DNA from: Candidatus Krumholzibacteriota bacterium
GTDB lineage: Bacteria; Krumholzibacteriota; Krumholzibacteriia; JAJRXK01
Length of the DNA: 64,000 bases
Direction of reading: 5' to 3'
Assembly (NCBI GenBank): GCA_963806035.1
Contig: CAWDWO010000022.1
Span: 1-64,000 of the forward strand
Below the pieces are notes generated by a model. It searched no databases and had not been told where the DNA came from. It saw only the letters and a program-made list of their open reading frames with translations. Shown here piece by piece: positions 8,326 to 17,629 of this stretch (its first letter is position 1; every line of letters starts with the position of its first letter). The position numbers were made by a program, and so were the translations under genes.

Positions 8326-9065
8326 CGTGCATCCTCGGGCAGCAAGAGAGCGCGCGGGTCGCTCAGAGGCAGTGCTTCGTCCAGGACGAAACCTTCGGCG
8401 AATTCCACTCCACTCGCCAGACCCCATTCGCGCAGCCGGGCTTCGCGCGCCTTTAGAAAGCCGGGACGGTTGATGTAGGTCGCCGTGGAATCGGGCCCGG
8501 CCTGAAATTGACTGTGGTAGGCGGCGATGGCCGCGCGACGCGCCTCCATGACACTCCCCACATCCAGGGTGAACGAGACGGGGACCAGGGTGTGACAGGG
8601 ATAGGCCGCCAGAAGCCGGGGCCGGTGGACCTTGCCGCGCGCCTCGAAGCGTCTCACCCCCGCGAAGAACATGGCACGGCGCGCCAAGCTCCCGGCCGCC
8701 GCATGATCCGGATGCCGATCCACTCCATGGGGCGCGAAGAGCAGTTGTGGACGCAGTGCGCGCAAGAGTTCGACCAAGGCCCGCAGTTGTTCCCCGTCGT
8801 GTTCGTTCACTCCGCCATCGGGTAAGCCGAGAACCTCTCGCTCGCGCTTCACCCCCAAGATCTCCGCCGCACGCAAACTCGCCTCGCGCCGCTCTTCTGC
8901 CGTCCCATTGCTGGACATTTCACCGCGCGTGAGATCGACGATGGCGACCTCGCATCCGGCCTCTACGAGGCGCGCCACCGTGCCTCCGCAGAACAACTCC
9001 ACGTCATCGGGGTGCGGAGAGAGAAACAGGGCGTCGACTTCGGCTTCGCTTCGTGCAGCGTTCAT
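8322..9065 (-). CDS. bshB1: Bacillithiol biosynthesis deacetylase BshB1 (PIG-L family)
   Basis: PHPDDVE, DLTRGEMSSNGT, RREAS, DRHPDH, AYHSQF, GVEFAEGF; ATGA overlaps with both neighbours. Confidence 0.93.
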   Translation of the reverse strand: MNAARSEAEVDALFLSPHPDDVELFCGGTVARLVEAGCEVAIVDLTRGEMSSNGTAEERREASLRAAEILGVKREREVLGLPDGGVNEHDGEQLRALVELLRALRPQLLFAPHGVDRHPDHAAAGSLARRAMFFAGVRRFEARGKVHRPRLLAAYPCHTLVPVSFTLDVGSVMEARRAAIAAYHSQFQAGPDSTATYINRPGFLKAREARLREWGLASGVEFAEGFVLDEALPLSDPRALLLPEDAR

Positions 9066-10657
9066 GTAGCCTCCAGGCTCATCCGTCCCAAATAGAGCGG
9101 CGCTCTCCCCTCCTTCAGGTCCCGGGCGTAGAGCTCGCCCAACTCCTGAAGACAACGGGGGAAATCCTCGCCAAACCACTCCCACGCCGCCACCGCCGCG
9201 TAGGTCCTCTCCTGCGGCGATCCACGCAGGCCCAAGAGCTCGGGGATGAGGAGAATGGCAGGCTGCTCCTCGCCGGCGCGCTGCAGGGCCTGCGCGGCGA
9301 GACTGTCCTCGACGCGGCCTGCGGTCTCCCGCAGCTTTCGCAGCGCGCGCGCGATCTTCGACTCGCGCGCTGCATCTTTCAGGCTCTTCTCGAAGGCGTC
9401 CAGCGCCACATCGAGCGAGTCCTTCAAAGCGGCACGGGCGCTCTCCCACTCCGCGGGCACGGTAAGAGTACCCAGAACCTCGCGGGCGCCGTCGCCTCCC
9501 TGCAAGAGGGCCTTCTGCCGCTCCTCGTCCTTCGGCCAGGGCAAGGTGTCGGGAAAGAAAGTGAGTTGAGGCCGCAGAGCGGGCGCCGCCGCCTCGACTC
9601 CGAGTAACTCGTACGCGGGAGCCAGCTGGGCGTGGTAGTGCAGTTCGGAGGGACCCAGGATCGCGGCCAGCGGAGCCAGCAGTTCGTCCTGCAAGAGGGG
9701 CCGCATGAGGACCGCCGGACTCAGATCCTCCCCGGCCTCGCAAGCGGGCAGTAGTTCCTCGGGCTCGAGTTTTTCTCTCTTGCCCTCGTGAATGCGGAAC
9801 AGCCCGCTACTGGTGGCCGTGGAGTGCAGGGGAACCGAAAACCCCGCTTCGCCCAGCGCACGCCCCCTCTCCTCCACGCGCGCGGCGATTTCGGCGCTTC
9901 TCCGTGCGTATCGCAGCATGAGCTCGCGGCCCAGCTCACGCAAGCGGCGCGAGCGCGCGTCGATGGTCACCAAGCCGGCCTCTGCAAAGAGTCGTAGGTA
10001 GAGCGCCTGAGTTCGTTGACCCAGATCCCATGACTCCGCCGCGGATTCCATCCATTTCGACAACTCGCCGTCCGGGTCCGCTCCCATCGCTCTCAGCGCG
10101 TTACGCTCCACTGTCGTCAACGAGTTCCCCGAGATCGAACCCACCATGCTGCCCGGACTTGCCAAGTCCTTCGACAGCTCGGCGCGTACCGCCCCCGAAT
10201 CCGCACTGAACAGCCAGGCCGCGCGGGCCTCTTCGAAATCGGAGTCGTCGGCTCCGCACCAGTAGACGGGAACCACTTTGCGGCCGAGATCGCGGCTGAG
10301 CGAGTTCGCGATACCCACGGCTCCGGCGATTTTCCAGGCGCAGTACAGTGGTCCGCCCAAAAGGCTCGGCTGCTGTCCCGTGATCACGCAGGGCGCCCCT
10401 TCAGCCAGCGCCTCGAGATTTGCCAAGGAGTCCTGACTCGCGCCCAGTGAGCGATGCCGAGCCTGAAGCTCGCGCGAAAATTCCTCGTCGCGAAACGCAC
10501 TCCCCGAACGCGGCTTCAGTTCTTCCTCGAACAGAGCTTTGCGAGAGAGGCCGGGAATGGCCTCGCCCGCTTGCCAACGCCTCGCGTACTCGGAAAGACC
10601 GGGGGAGGTTTCGAGTTTCAGGCGCTGCATCGAATCGGCGAAGCTGCTTTGGCTCAT
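9062..10657 (-). CDS. bshC: Bacillithiol cysteine-adding enzyme BshC
   Basis: VITGQQPSLLGGPLY, VPVYW, SPAVLMRPLLQDELL, GPSELHYHAQL, PQER; 531 aa. Confidence 0.9.
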   Translation of the reverse strand: MSQSSFADSMQRLKLETSPGLSEYARRWQAGEAIPGLSRKALFEEELKPRSGSAFRDEEFSRELQARHRSLGASQDSLANLEALAEGAPCVITGQQPSLLGGPLYCAWKIAGAVGIANSLSRDLGRKVVPVYWCGADDSDFEEARAAWLFSADSGAVRAELSKDLASPGSMVGSISGNSLTTVERNALRAMGADPDGELSKWMESAAESWDLGQRTQALYLRLFAEAGLVTIDARSRRLRELGRELMLRYARRSAEIAARVEERGRALGEAGFSVPLHSTATSSGLFRIHEGKREKLEPEELLPACEAGEDLSPAVLMRPLLQDELLAPLAAILGPSELHYHAQLAPAYELLGVEAAAPALRPQLTFFPDTLPWPKDEERQKALLQGGDGAREVLGTLTVPAEWESARAALKDSLDVALDAFEKSLKDAARESKIARALRKLRETAGRVEDSLAAQALQRAGEEQPAILLIPELLGLRGSPQERTYAAVAAWEWFGEDFPRCLQELGELYARDLKEGRAPLYLGRMSLEAT

Positions 10658-11394
10658 CTACCCGTTCCCGTCGTTTCGAAACGCGCCAGTTGACGCGGAC
10701 TCGATTCTTCCTCGAAAGGAGAACCATCGTAGTCGCCGTGCAAGGCGTAAAGTGAAAGCCCGGATCTTTCGAAGAGTCCGATAAATTCAGAATTGTCGAA
10801 GAGCATCACACGTTCTTCGTATTCGGCAACCAGCGCATCATCCGAATCGAGAATTCGCACTCGTTTGACCACTCGTTTTGGATCGCGCAAGAGGCGTCTC
10901 TGCTCCTCGACCCGCCGCTCACCCAACTCGCGCGTACTCTCCTCGATGAGGTTCCGCTCCAAAAATCGTGGGTTCGGAACGTCCACGATCACGCCTGTTC
11001 TGGCCACGCGCGCGAGTTCCCGGGCCAGAGCGGCGTGCTCCTCTGGGGTCTCGAAGTAACCGAAGGAGGTAAAGAGGGAGAGAGCCCAATCCATTGCCCG
11101 ATCCCTCAGAGGTATGGCGCGCATGTCCGCGCGGGCCAGATGCAGTGCGGGATTGCGTTTCCGTGCCGCCCTCAAGAGCGGATTCGAGAGATCCACTCCC
11201 AGGGCCCAGGCCCCGCGCCTCTCCAGCTCCTCCAGGTAGCGGCCGGCCCCGCAGGCGACATCGATCACCGCGCGATCCCGCAGCTCATCCTCGGCGAAGA
11301 GGAGTCCGAGCACTTTCTCGGCCTCCCGGTCGTCCCGGTGCGAATAGAGTTCGAGATAGAGCTCGCCGAACGCGACTTCATACCACTCCCTCAT
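10654..11394 (-). CDS. Class I SAM-dependent methyltransferase (candidate bacillithiol N-methyltransferase)
   Basis: DVACGAGR, GVDLS, ADMR, LFTSFGYF motifs. The stop overlaps the bshC start by 4 nt. Confidence 0.85.
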   Translation of the reverse strand: MREWYEVAFGELYLELYSHRDDREAEKVLGLLFAEDELRDRAVIDVACGAGRYLEELERRGAWALGVDLSNPLLRAARKRNPALHLARADMRAIPLRDRAMDWALSLFTSFGYFETPEEHAALARELARVARTGVIVDVPNPRFLERNLIEESTRELGERRVEEQRRLLRDPKRVVKRVRILDSDDALVAEYEERVMLFDNSEFIGLFERSGLSLYALHGDYDGSPFEEESSPRQLARFETTGTGR

Positions 11395-12209
11395 CCGGTC
11401 TCCCCGGGAAGGACGGCAAGCGCAGAGAGATATCCCACGACCTGACTTTCGTCGCCGTTGCTCAGACTGCTGTCGCACTGATGAATCGCCTCGAAGCGGC
11501 CACCGAGAGCTTCGGTGAAACCCATGAGTGATAGCACGGGTCCGGCCCCACACGCCTCGGTCTCCCCCATCCTGAGCGCTTCGGCGAGACGCGCTTTCTC
11601 GCCATCGATCAGAAGCTCGCGGAAGCGTCCATCCAGAGCCTGCGCGCGCTGGTGATCGTAGTAATGGGAGAGATCACTGCTCGCGACCACCAGGATTTCG
11701 TGTTCACCTCGCAGCGCGACCAGCGCTTCCACCACGCGCTCCACCACCCGCTCCTCGGCCGGTCCGAACACGAGCTCGATCACGGGCACCTCGGGCAGCG
11801 CGCGCGCGAGGAAGGGGAGCTGCACTTCCACCGAGTGTTCACAGAAGGCGGGACCCTCCGCGCCGCGACCCAGGACCCGCGCGAGTTCGTCCCTCAGCTC
11901 ACAGCTGGTGGGAAGCGCCCCCAAGGGGCTCTCGTATCCATCGGCCTGAAACAGCCGGACCCCCCTTACCCGCACGCGATGACTGGGGCCCAGAAGAACC
12001 ACCGCCTCCGGTTTCAGTCCGCGAAAGGTTCCGAAGGCCATTCCGGCCGTCATTCCCGAGTAGATGTATCCGGCGTGAGGAACCACCGCTCCGAGGATCT
12101 TGCCGCTCACTTTCTTGGGAGCGTGGTCGAGGAAGTGGTCCACCACCTCGGCCAAGGCGTCCGGTTCGGCCGGGTAGAAGCTGCCGTCAAACGCGGTTGC
12201 GAGTCGCAT
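11391..12209 (-). CDS. Memo-family protein (AmmeMemoRadiSam system protein B)
   Basis: GSFYP, VPHAGYIYSG, LGPSH, EHSVEVQLPFL, SSDLSHY, ACGAGP, VVGY. Confidence 0.9.
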   Translation of the reverse strand: MRLATAFDGSFYPAEPDALAEVVDHFLDHAPKKVSGKILGAVVPHAGYIYSGMTAGMAFGTFRGLKPEAVVLLGPSHRVRVRGVRLFQADGYESPLGALPTSCELRDELARVLGRGAEGPAFCEHSVEVQLPFLARALPEVPVIELVFGPAEERVVERVVEALVALRGEHEILVVASSDLSHYYDHQRAQALDGRFRELLIDGEKARLAEALRMGETEACGAGPVLSLMGFTEALGGRFEAIHQCDSSLSNGDESQVVGYLSALAVLPGETG

Positions 12210-13821
12210 CGTCTTTCTTCCCTTTGAGCGGGCAAAGGTGGGCCTCTTCGCCGCTTCGAAGATGAGTGTCGCCGGAGAATTGCTCGTCGTTTCGCTGGGG
12301 AAACTGAGCCAGTGCGTGGAGACCGCGGCTCTCCTTGCGAAAGCTCGCGCAGCGCACCACGAGACTTCCAAACAGCGTTACGTTGCGCAGCTCGAGAAGA
12401 TCGATGCTCGGCCTCTGCGCCCGGTATGAACGCTCCGCCTCGGCCACCATCTCGTCCATCCGGCGCTGTGCGACTTCCAGACGTATCAGGTCACGCTGGA
12501 TGCCAACGTAATTCCACATGGTTTTGCGCGCCGTTTCCCAGTCGTGCTGCAAGGGCGTGGGCTCCTTGGCCCCGCTCCCCAAATCCGGAACGATCGCGGA
12601 GTTGATCTTCGGCGACTCGTCCGCCAGGCGCCGCGAGATCTCCTCCGCGGCTCTTTCGCCGTAGTAGAGAGCCTCGAGCAGGCTGTTGGAAGCCAGCCGA
12701 TTGGCGCCGTGAATGCCGGTCAGAGCGGCTTCGCCCACCACGAACAGACCCTCGAGATCACTGGCGCCCTGATCGTCGGTCACCACGCCCCCGCACGCGT
12801 AATGCGCGGCGGGCACCACCGGGATCATGTCGCGAGTCAGATCGATTCCGTACTCCATGCAGCGCGCGCGAATGTTGGGGAATCTGCGGGAGGCCAACTC
12901 CGTGGGGATGACCGTGGCGTCGAGGAGAACGTGCTTGTCTCCGCGCGCCTTCATCTCGCTGTCGATGGCGCGCGCCACGATGTCCCGCGGAGCCAGGTCC
13001 GCCAATTCATGATAGCGGGGCATGAAGGCCTCGCCATCCAGAGTTCGAAGCACCGCGCCCTCTCCACGCACTGCTTCGCTGATGAGGAAGCTCTTCGCCA
13101 AGGGATGATACAGACAGGTGGGATGAAATTGCTCGAACTCCAGGTTTCCCACGGTTGCGCCCGCCCGCCACGCCATGGCGACCCCATCGCCGGTGGCGAT
13201 GTCGGGATTCGTGGTATAGCGATACACCTTCCCCGAGCCTCCGGTCGCCACCACCGTATAGCTTGCAAGGTTCGCCAAGGCCTCCCCGCTGCGTTCGTTC
13301 AGGACCAGCGCCCCCACCACCCGTCCGTTCTCGTCTTTCAGCAGATCGATCGCGAAGTGATCCTCCAGGACTTGCACCGAGGGATGAGCGCGCACTGCCG
13401 CGAGCATCGAATGCTCCACTGCGCGACCGGTGAAGTCTCCGGAGTGCACCACCCTGCGGCGGCTGTGCCCGCCTTCACGGCCCATCTCGTAGCTGCCGTC
13501 TTCCTCGCGATCGAAGTCCATCCCCACCGCGAGCAAGCCCTCGATGAGACGAGGGGCGCTCTCCACCATGGCGCGGACCCGGCCTTCGTGGCACAGGCCC
13601 GCCCCGGCGGTGAGAGTGTCCTGTACGTGAAATTCGAAATCGTCGTCCGAGCCCAGAACCGCCGCGATCCCGCCCTGGGCGCGGTTGGTATTGCTGTGGT
13701 GGTCGCGGGCCTTGGTCACCAGACGAACCCGGGCGGTCTTGGCCAGGCTGAGAGCCGCGCGCAAGCCGGCCAGCCCGCTGCCGATGACCAAGACGTCCAC
13801 TGAAGACGAGAGCGATCGCAT
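12187..13821 (-). CDS. nadB: L-aspartate oxidase NadB
   Basis: GSGLAG FAD motif, AQGGIAA, REGGHSRRRVVH, QFHPT, LISEAVRGEG, HGANRLASNSLLE, RKESRGLH. Confidence 0.95.
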   Translation of the reverse strand: MRSLSSSVDVLVIGSGLAGLRAALSLAKTARVRLVTKARDHHSNTNRAQGGIAAVLGSDDDFEFHVQDTLTAGAGLCHEGRVRAMVESAPRLIEGLLAVGMDFDREEDGSYEMGREGGHSRRRVVHSGDFTGRAVEHSMLAAVRAHPSVQVLEDHFAIDLLKDENGRVVGALVLNERSGEALANLASYTVVATGGSGKVYRYTTNPDIATGDGVAMAWRAGATVGNLEFEQFHPTCLYHPLAKSFLISEAVRGEGAVLRTLDGEAFMPRYHELADLAPRDIVARAIDSEMKARGDKHVLLDATVIPTELASRRFPNIRARCMEYGIDLTRDMIPVVPAAHYACGGVVTDDQGASDLEGLFVVGEAALTGIHGANRLASNSLLEALYYGERAAEEISRRLADESPKINSAIVPDLGSGAKEPTPLQHDWETARKTMWNYVGIQRDLIRLEVAQRRMDEMVAEAERSYRAQRPSIDLLELRNVTLFGSLVVRCASFRKESRGLHALAQFPQRNDEQFSGDTHLRSGEEAHLCPLKGKKDDATRNRV

Positions 13822-13999
13822 GGAGGATCCTTTCAGCGCTAGCGCCCATAGGGTAGGCGAAAGGGGGCCTGATGGCGAAATGGGAAGTCCCCGCGCCCCA
13901 CCAAGGGAGTGCAGCTTGCGCGCCCCAGACGCTTCCGCGCTCGCAGGCTGCGGCCCAAAGTTCGAGTATTACATGTCTCATACTGCGTAGCTAACTGTT

Positions 14000-14042
14000 A
14001 ATTAACGACTTAAAAAGCCCGAAACCATGGCACGTGCTATGC
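14000..14042 (+). promoter_or_regulatory. Putative sigma54 (-24/-12) promoter with upstream IHF-like site
   Basis: TGGCACGTGCTATGC at 14028-14042 (GG-N10-GC spacing correct). AATTAACGACTTA at 14000-14012 is 1 mismatch from the IHF consensus WATCAANNNNTTR and sits in a locally AT-rich patch. Confidence 0.6.
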
Positions 14043-14130
14043 GAGTTTCCTCCCAGCTTCCGTACCGCTCACGCTCCCTCGCCCTCCTCGGAGCAAAGCG
14101 GGACGGTTCGCCTTGCGAAGGGGGCTTTCG

Positions 14131-14718
14131 GTGCGCGCTCAATGGATCACCTTCCTGCTCATGGGACTCTGCTCGCTGCTGCTGCTGGGCTGCTCCGACG
14201 ACGGCATCAATCGAAGTGTGATGGAGGTCGTCTCCGTCAACGACGGCGCTCCGGTGGTCGTCTCCCAGCGCGACCCGGGACCGGACCGAACGATCAACAC
14301 CGCCGACGATTTCATTCCGCCGAGCAGCGTGACGCTCACCGTGGCCAATCGCGCCTATGACGCCTCGCTCAGCGCAACCGAATCCGAGCCCTTCGGCGCC
14401 TACCTCATCGAGAGCGTGAGGATCCAGTGGCAGCCGCTGGGCCCCGAAGCTGCCGGCGATCAGCTGCTCGACTACGATCAGAGCTATCCGCTGAACGAAA
14501 TCGTGAGGCGCGGAACTCAGGTGGAGCTGAACATCGTCTTGGTCACCCAGGAAATGAAGTCGCAGAGCTTTCTGCAGGACCTGGTCAATACCCAAGATGT
14601 GATTCTGGCGAATGCGATTCTGACCTTCAGTGGACACGACACCGCGGCCAGTGACGCTCCCTATGGCTTTGGCGTGACGATTCCGGTTCAGTTCGTCGGG
14701 CTGGCTGCCCCGAAGTGA
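14131..14718 (+). CDS. Hypothetical lipoprotein (only plus-strand gene in window)
   Basis: SD-like GAAGGGGG, then GTG 14131. Signal peptide with lipobox LLLLGC. GC3-rich codons and beta-strand-like alternation. Fills the gap between nadB and lpxK. Confidence 0.8.
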   Translation: MRAQWITFLLMGLCSLLLLGCSDDGINRSVMEVVSVNDGAPVVVSQRDPGPDRTINTADDFIPPSSVTLTVANRAYDASLSATESEPFGAYLIESVRIQWQPLGPEAAGDQLLDYDQSYPLNEIVRRGTQVELNIVLVTQEMKSQSFLQDLVNTQDVILANAILTFSGHDTAASDAPYGFGVTIPVQFVGLAAPK

Positions 14719-14723
14719 AGCGG

Positions 14724-15794
14724 CTAGAGAGCCGATGCGCTCTTGCCCGGTGCTTCTACTCCGGGACCCGCGGATTCGATTCTTCCCTGCATGGCTCGCA
14801 GAAATGCCGTTAGGGGATCCTCGCCCTCCCACTCCACGCCGGAGCGCAGGGCCCACAGCGGTAGAGGAAGCTCGAGAGCGGAGAGGCGCGCGAGGTTTTT
14901 CTCGGGACAGAGGAGAAAGCCAAGCCCGCGTCGGCGTGCCACCGCTTCGATCTCTGCAGCGTGCTCAGAATCGAAAGAGGCATGATCGGAGTAACGCAGG
15001 GCGGCGACGGCCTGCGCTCCCGCGCTCCTGGCATCTTCCTCGAAGGACTCCGGACGCGCCAAGCCGCTGAGCAGAAGACAGGGGCCCATGCTCTTTAGCT
15101 CGCTCAAGGGCGCCTGCTCTCCCCCAGGCCCGCGCAGATTCTGCGGCGCGAGGCGAAACACGTAGACTTGCGCACAGTATCGCCGCGCCACTTCGACCAG
15201 GCGCTCGGACAGAGGATCTCCCTTTTCCCGACGCACCATGATCATCTGGCAGCGAGCGAGGCCACTCATCGTTTCGCGTGCGGGACCCGCCGGCAGAACT
15301 CGCGGCGGATTCATGAGGTCTTTGGCCAGAACGACGGCGACTTGCAACGAGGCGCGAACCCGCGACTGCAGCGAATCGTCCAGGATGACCATCTGCGCCC
15401 CTTCGCGCGCGGCCTGTGCGTGGGCCCGGCGGCGGTCGGAGTCGAGAACGACGGTGGCGCCCGTTTCCTTTCGCAACCACTCCGGCTCGTCTCCTCCGCC
15501 AGCGGAGCGATAGCCGCGGCTGAGAATTGCACAGCGCACACCGCGTTCGCGCAGCATTTGGCACAACCAGGAGACCAGCGGAGTCTTTCCCGTTCCTCCC
15601 ACCCGCAGATTGCCGAATCCCACGCTGAGGGGGGGCTCGAAGAGCGCGGGGCGCGGGCGCAGGCCACGATCGGCCCAGCTGACGGTGCGGTAGATCCAGG
15701 AGGCGGGCTCCAAAAAGAGTGACCAGGGGCTGTCGCGTTCGTCCAGCGCACCCAGTACCCTCTCGGGCCAAGTTCTATGATCCAGTATGTCCAT
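14724..15794 (-). CDS. lpxK: Tetraacyldisaccharide 4'-kinase LpxK
   Basis: GNLRVGGTGKTP, LSRGY, GDEP, ILDD, LPAGPARE, SGLARPESF, YSDH. Confidence 0.92.
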   Translation of the reverse strand: MDILDHRTWPERVLGALDERDSPWSLFLEPASWIYRTVSWADRGLRPRPALFEPPLSVGFGNLRVGGTGKTPLVSWLCQMLRERGVRCAILSRGYRSAGGGDEPEWLRKETGATVVLDSDRRRAHAQAAREGAQMVILDDSLQSRVRASLQVAVVLAKDLMNPPRVLPAGPARETMSGLARCQMIMVRREKGDPLSERLVEVARRYCAQVYVFRLAPQNLRGPGGEQAPLSELKSMGPCLLLSGLARPESFEEDARSAGAQAVAALRYSDHASFDSEHAAEIEAVARRRGLGFLLCPEKNLARLSALELPLPLWALRSGVEWEGEDPLTAFLRAMQGRIESAGPGVEAPGKSASAL

Positions 15795-16476
15795 AACTGG
15801 AATGCGCCGGGGGTTGTGGTTGCAGCAGGAGCTCGTCCCGCCAGTTGCCTTCGAGCTGCCGCGCCAGGCTTCGCCCGGCGGCATCGAGACCCTCTGCGCC
15901 CTCGCCGACGAACACGGGGCTCTTCACCTCCACCCGCACCCGGCTCGCGGGAAGCGGAAGCTCGAAGTGATCCCAGCTCTTGCGCAGCACGATCTTGGAT
16001 CCGCTGGTCGCCAGCAAGGGCACGATGGGCACCTTCGCGCAACGCGCCAGACGCAGAACCCCCTCCTGGATGATTCCGCGCGGCCCGTGCGGTCCATCCA
16101 CCGCCAGGCCCAGGCTCCTTCCGCGCGCCAGAGTGCGCAGAGCCGCAAGCGCGGCCACCCGACCACCGAGGGAGGTGCTTCCCCGCACGAATTCGAAACC
16201 GTAGGGGCGCAACAGGGACGCCAACAGCTCACCGTCGCGACTCTTGCTGATCACGATGCTCAGCCCATAGGGTTCCACCGCGAAGAGCAAGGGGAGGAGA
16301 TGCCCGTGCCGCGACACGAAGATCATGGCCTGGCCGGCCCGGGCTCGCTCGAGCACTTCGACTCGCCCTTCCAGACGGAGCCGCACGCTCTTGCGCAGGA
16401 GGGCGTAGACCGCACGCAAAGGTGGAATGCGCGGATCCGAAGCTGATTTCGACAGGATGTCCACGGTAGCGCTCAA
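15775..16476 (-). CDS. DUF374 / lysophospholipid acyltransferase family protein
   Basis: ISKSRDGELL, VRGSTSLGG, AVDGPHGPR, SWDHFELPLP; typical position between lpxB and lpxK. Start uncertain (TTG 16476 or GTG 16464). Confidence 0.8.
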   Translation of the reverse strand: MSATVDILSKSASDPRIPPLRAVYALLRKSVRLRLEGRVEVLERARAGQAMIFVSRHGHLLPLLFAVEPYGLSIVISKSRDGELLASLLRPYGFEFVRGSTSLGGRVAALAALRTLARGRSLGLAVDGPHGPRGIIQEGVLRLARCAKVPIVPLLATSGSKIVLRKSWDHFELPLPASRVRVEVKSPVFVGEGAEGLDAAGRSLARQLEGNWRDELLLQPQPPAHSSYGHTGS

Positions 16477-16484
16477 TATACGGT

Positions 16485-17618
16485 TCAGACCGGCTTCTCG
16501 TCGAGGATCTGCAGAGCCATTCGCGCCACATTTCGCGCCGCGCCCTCGCCCTTTCCCAGACACTTAAAGAGTTCGTCGAAGGCGCGCTCCTGCTCGGCCC
16601 GCGCCGCGGACTTTGGATCGAGAAGTTGGCGCATCGCCGCCACCAAGCTCTCCGGATGCAGCTCCTTCTGTAGGAATTCGGGGAAGGCGGTCCTACCCAG
16701 GACGATGTTGGACATTCCGATGGCCTGGACCGTGGCCAGCTGTCGCGCCACCGCGTAGGTCAGTCTCGAAGTGCGGTAGACGATGACGTGCGGGGTCCTG
16801 GAAAGAGCGGTTTCCACGCTGGCCGTGCCACTGCAGACGATCGCGAGCTCGGAGGAGATCAGGTGCTGGATCAGAGGCCCCTCGACGAGCTCCAATTCGG
16901 GACAGAGCTGGGCCATCTCGGCCAAGAGTCCGCGGGGAAGACCGGGCGCCCGGCTCACCCGCACTCGGTTAACCGCTCCCTCGGCACGCAAGCGACACGC
17001 GGCTTGGGCCATGCTGGGACCGATGCGGCGGATTTCCTGCGGGCGGCTGCCCGGAATGAGGAGAAGTCCCTCGCGCCGGGCCGCGCCACTCTCGAGCACC
17101 GCCGCGTGTTGATCCAGCAGAGGATGACCCACGAAGGTGGCATCGATTCCGTGCTCTCGATAGTAGTTCTCCTCGAAGGGAAAAATGACGGCGCAGCGAT
17201 GAACGCTGGCCCTGAGAGCGCGGTTGCGCCACGCGCCCCAGGACCAGGTCTTGGGTGGAATGTAGTGGAGAGTCTTGATGCCGCGCTTCTTCATCGCGCC
17301 GGCCAGACTGAGGTGAAACCCTGGATAGTCGACCGCAAGCAACAGATCGACTCCCTCTTCGCGGGCTCGTTCGGCGATCCTCTCCCGCAGCCGGCGCAGT
17401 CGCGGCAGATGTCGGATGACTTCGGCAAAGCCCATGACGGAGAGCTCGTCCAGTCCGGCCCAGATCTGTTCGACTTGCTCGTTCAGACGCGAGCCGCCGA
17501 TGCCCACCAGACGCACTTCGGGTCTTTCGATTTTGAGCTGATGCGCGAGCTCGCTGGCGTAGTTCTCTCCGCTTGGTTCTCCGCAAGAGATGAGAACGCT
17601 GCCGGCCTTGGCGGACAT
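16485..17618 (-). CDS. lpxB: Lipid-A-disaccharide synthase LpxB
   Basis: GEPSG, SVMGFAEV, VDYPGFH, IFPFE, FVGHPL, PGSRPQE, CSGTAS, PEFLQ. Confidence 0.95.
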   Translation of the reverse strand: MSAKAGSVLISCGEPSGENYASELAHQLKIERPEVRLVGIGGSRLNEQVEQIWAGLDELSVMGFAEVIRHLPRLRRLRERIAERAREEGVDLLLAVDYPGFHLSLAGAMKKRGIKTLHYIPPKTWSWGAWRNRALRASVHRCAVIFPFEENYYREHGIDATFVGHPLLDQHAAVLESGAARREGLLLIPGSRPQEIRRIGPSMAQAACRLRAEGAVNRVRVSRAPGLPRGLLAEMAQLCPELELVEGPLIQHLISSELAIVCSGTASVETALSRTPHVIVYRTSRLTYAVARQLATVQAIGMSNIVLGRTAFPEFLQKELHPESLVAAMRQLLDPKSAARAEQERAFDELFKCLGKGEGAARNVARMALQILDEKPV

Positions 17619-17629
17619 GCTTGGATCAC

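Noticed and set aside
8322..9743. 473-aa extended ORF suggesting a BshB fusion
   Set aside because: The extension overlaps bshC in another frame. The real start is ATG 9065, coupled to the bshC stop.
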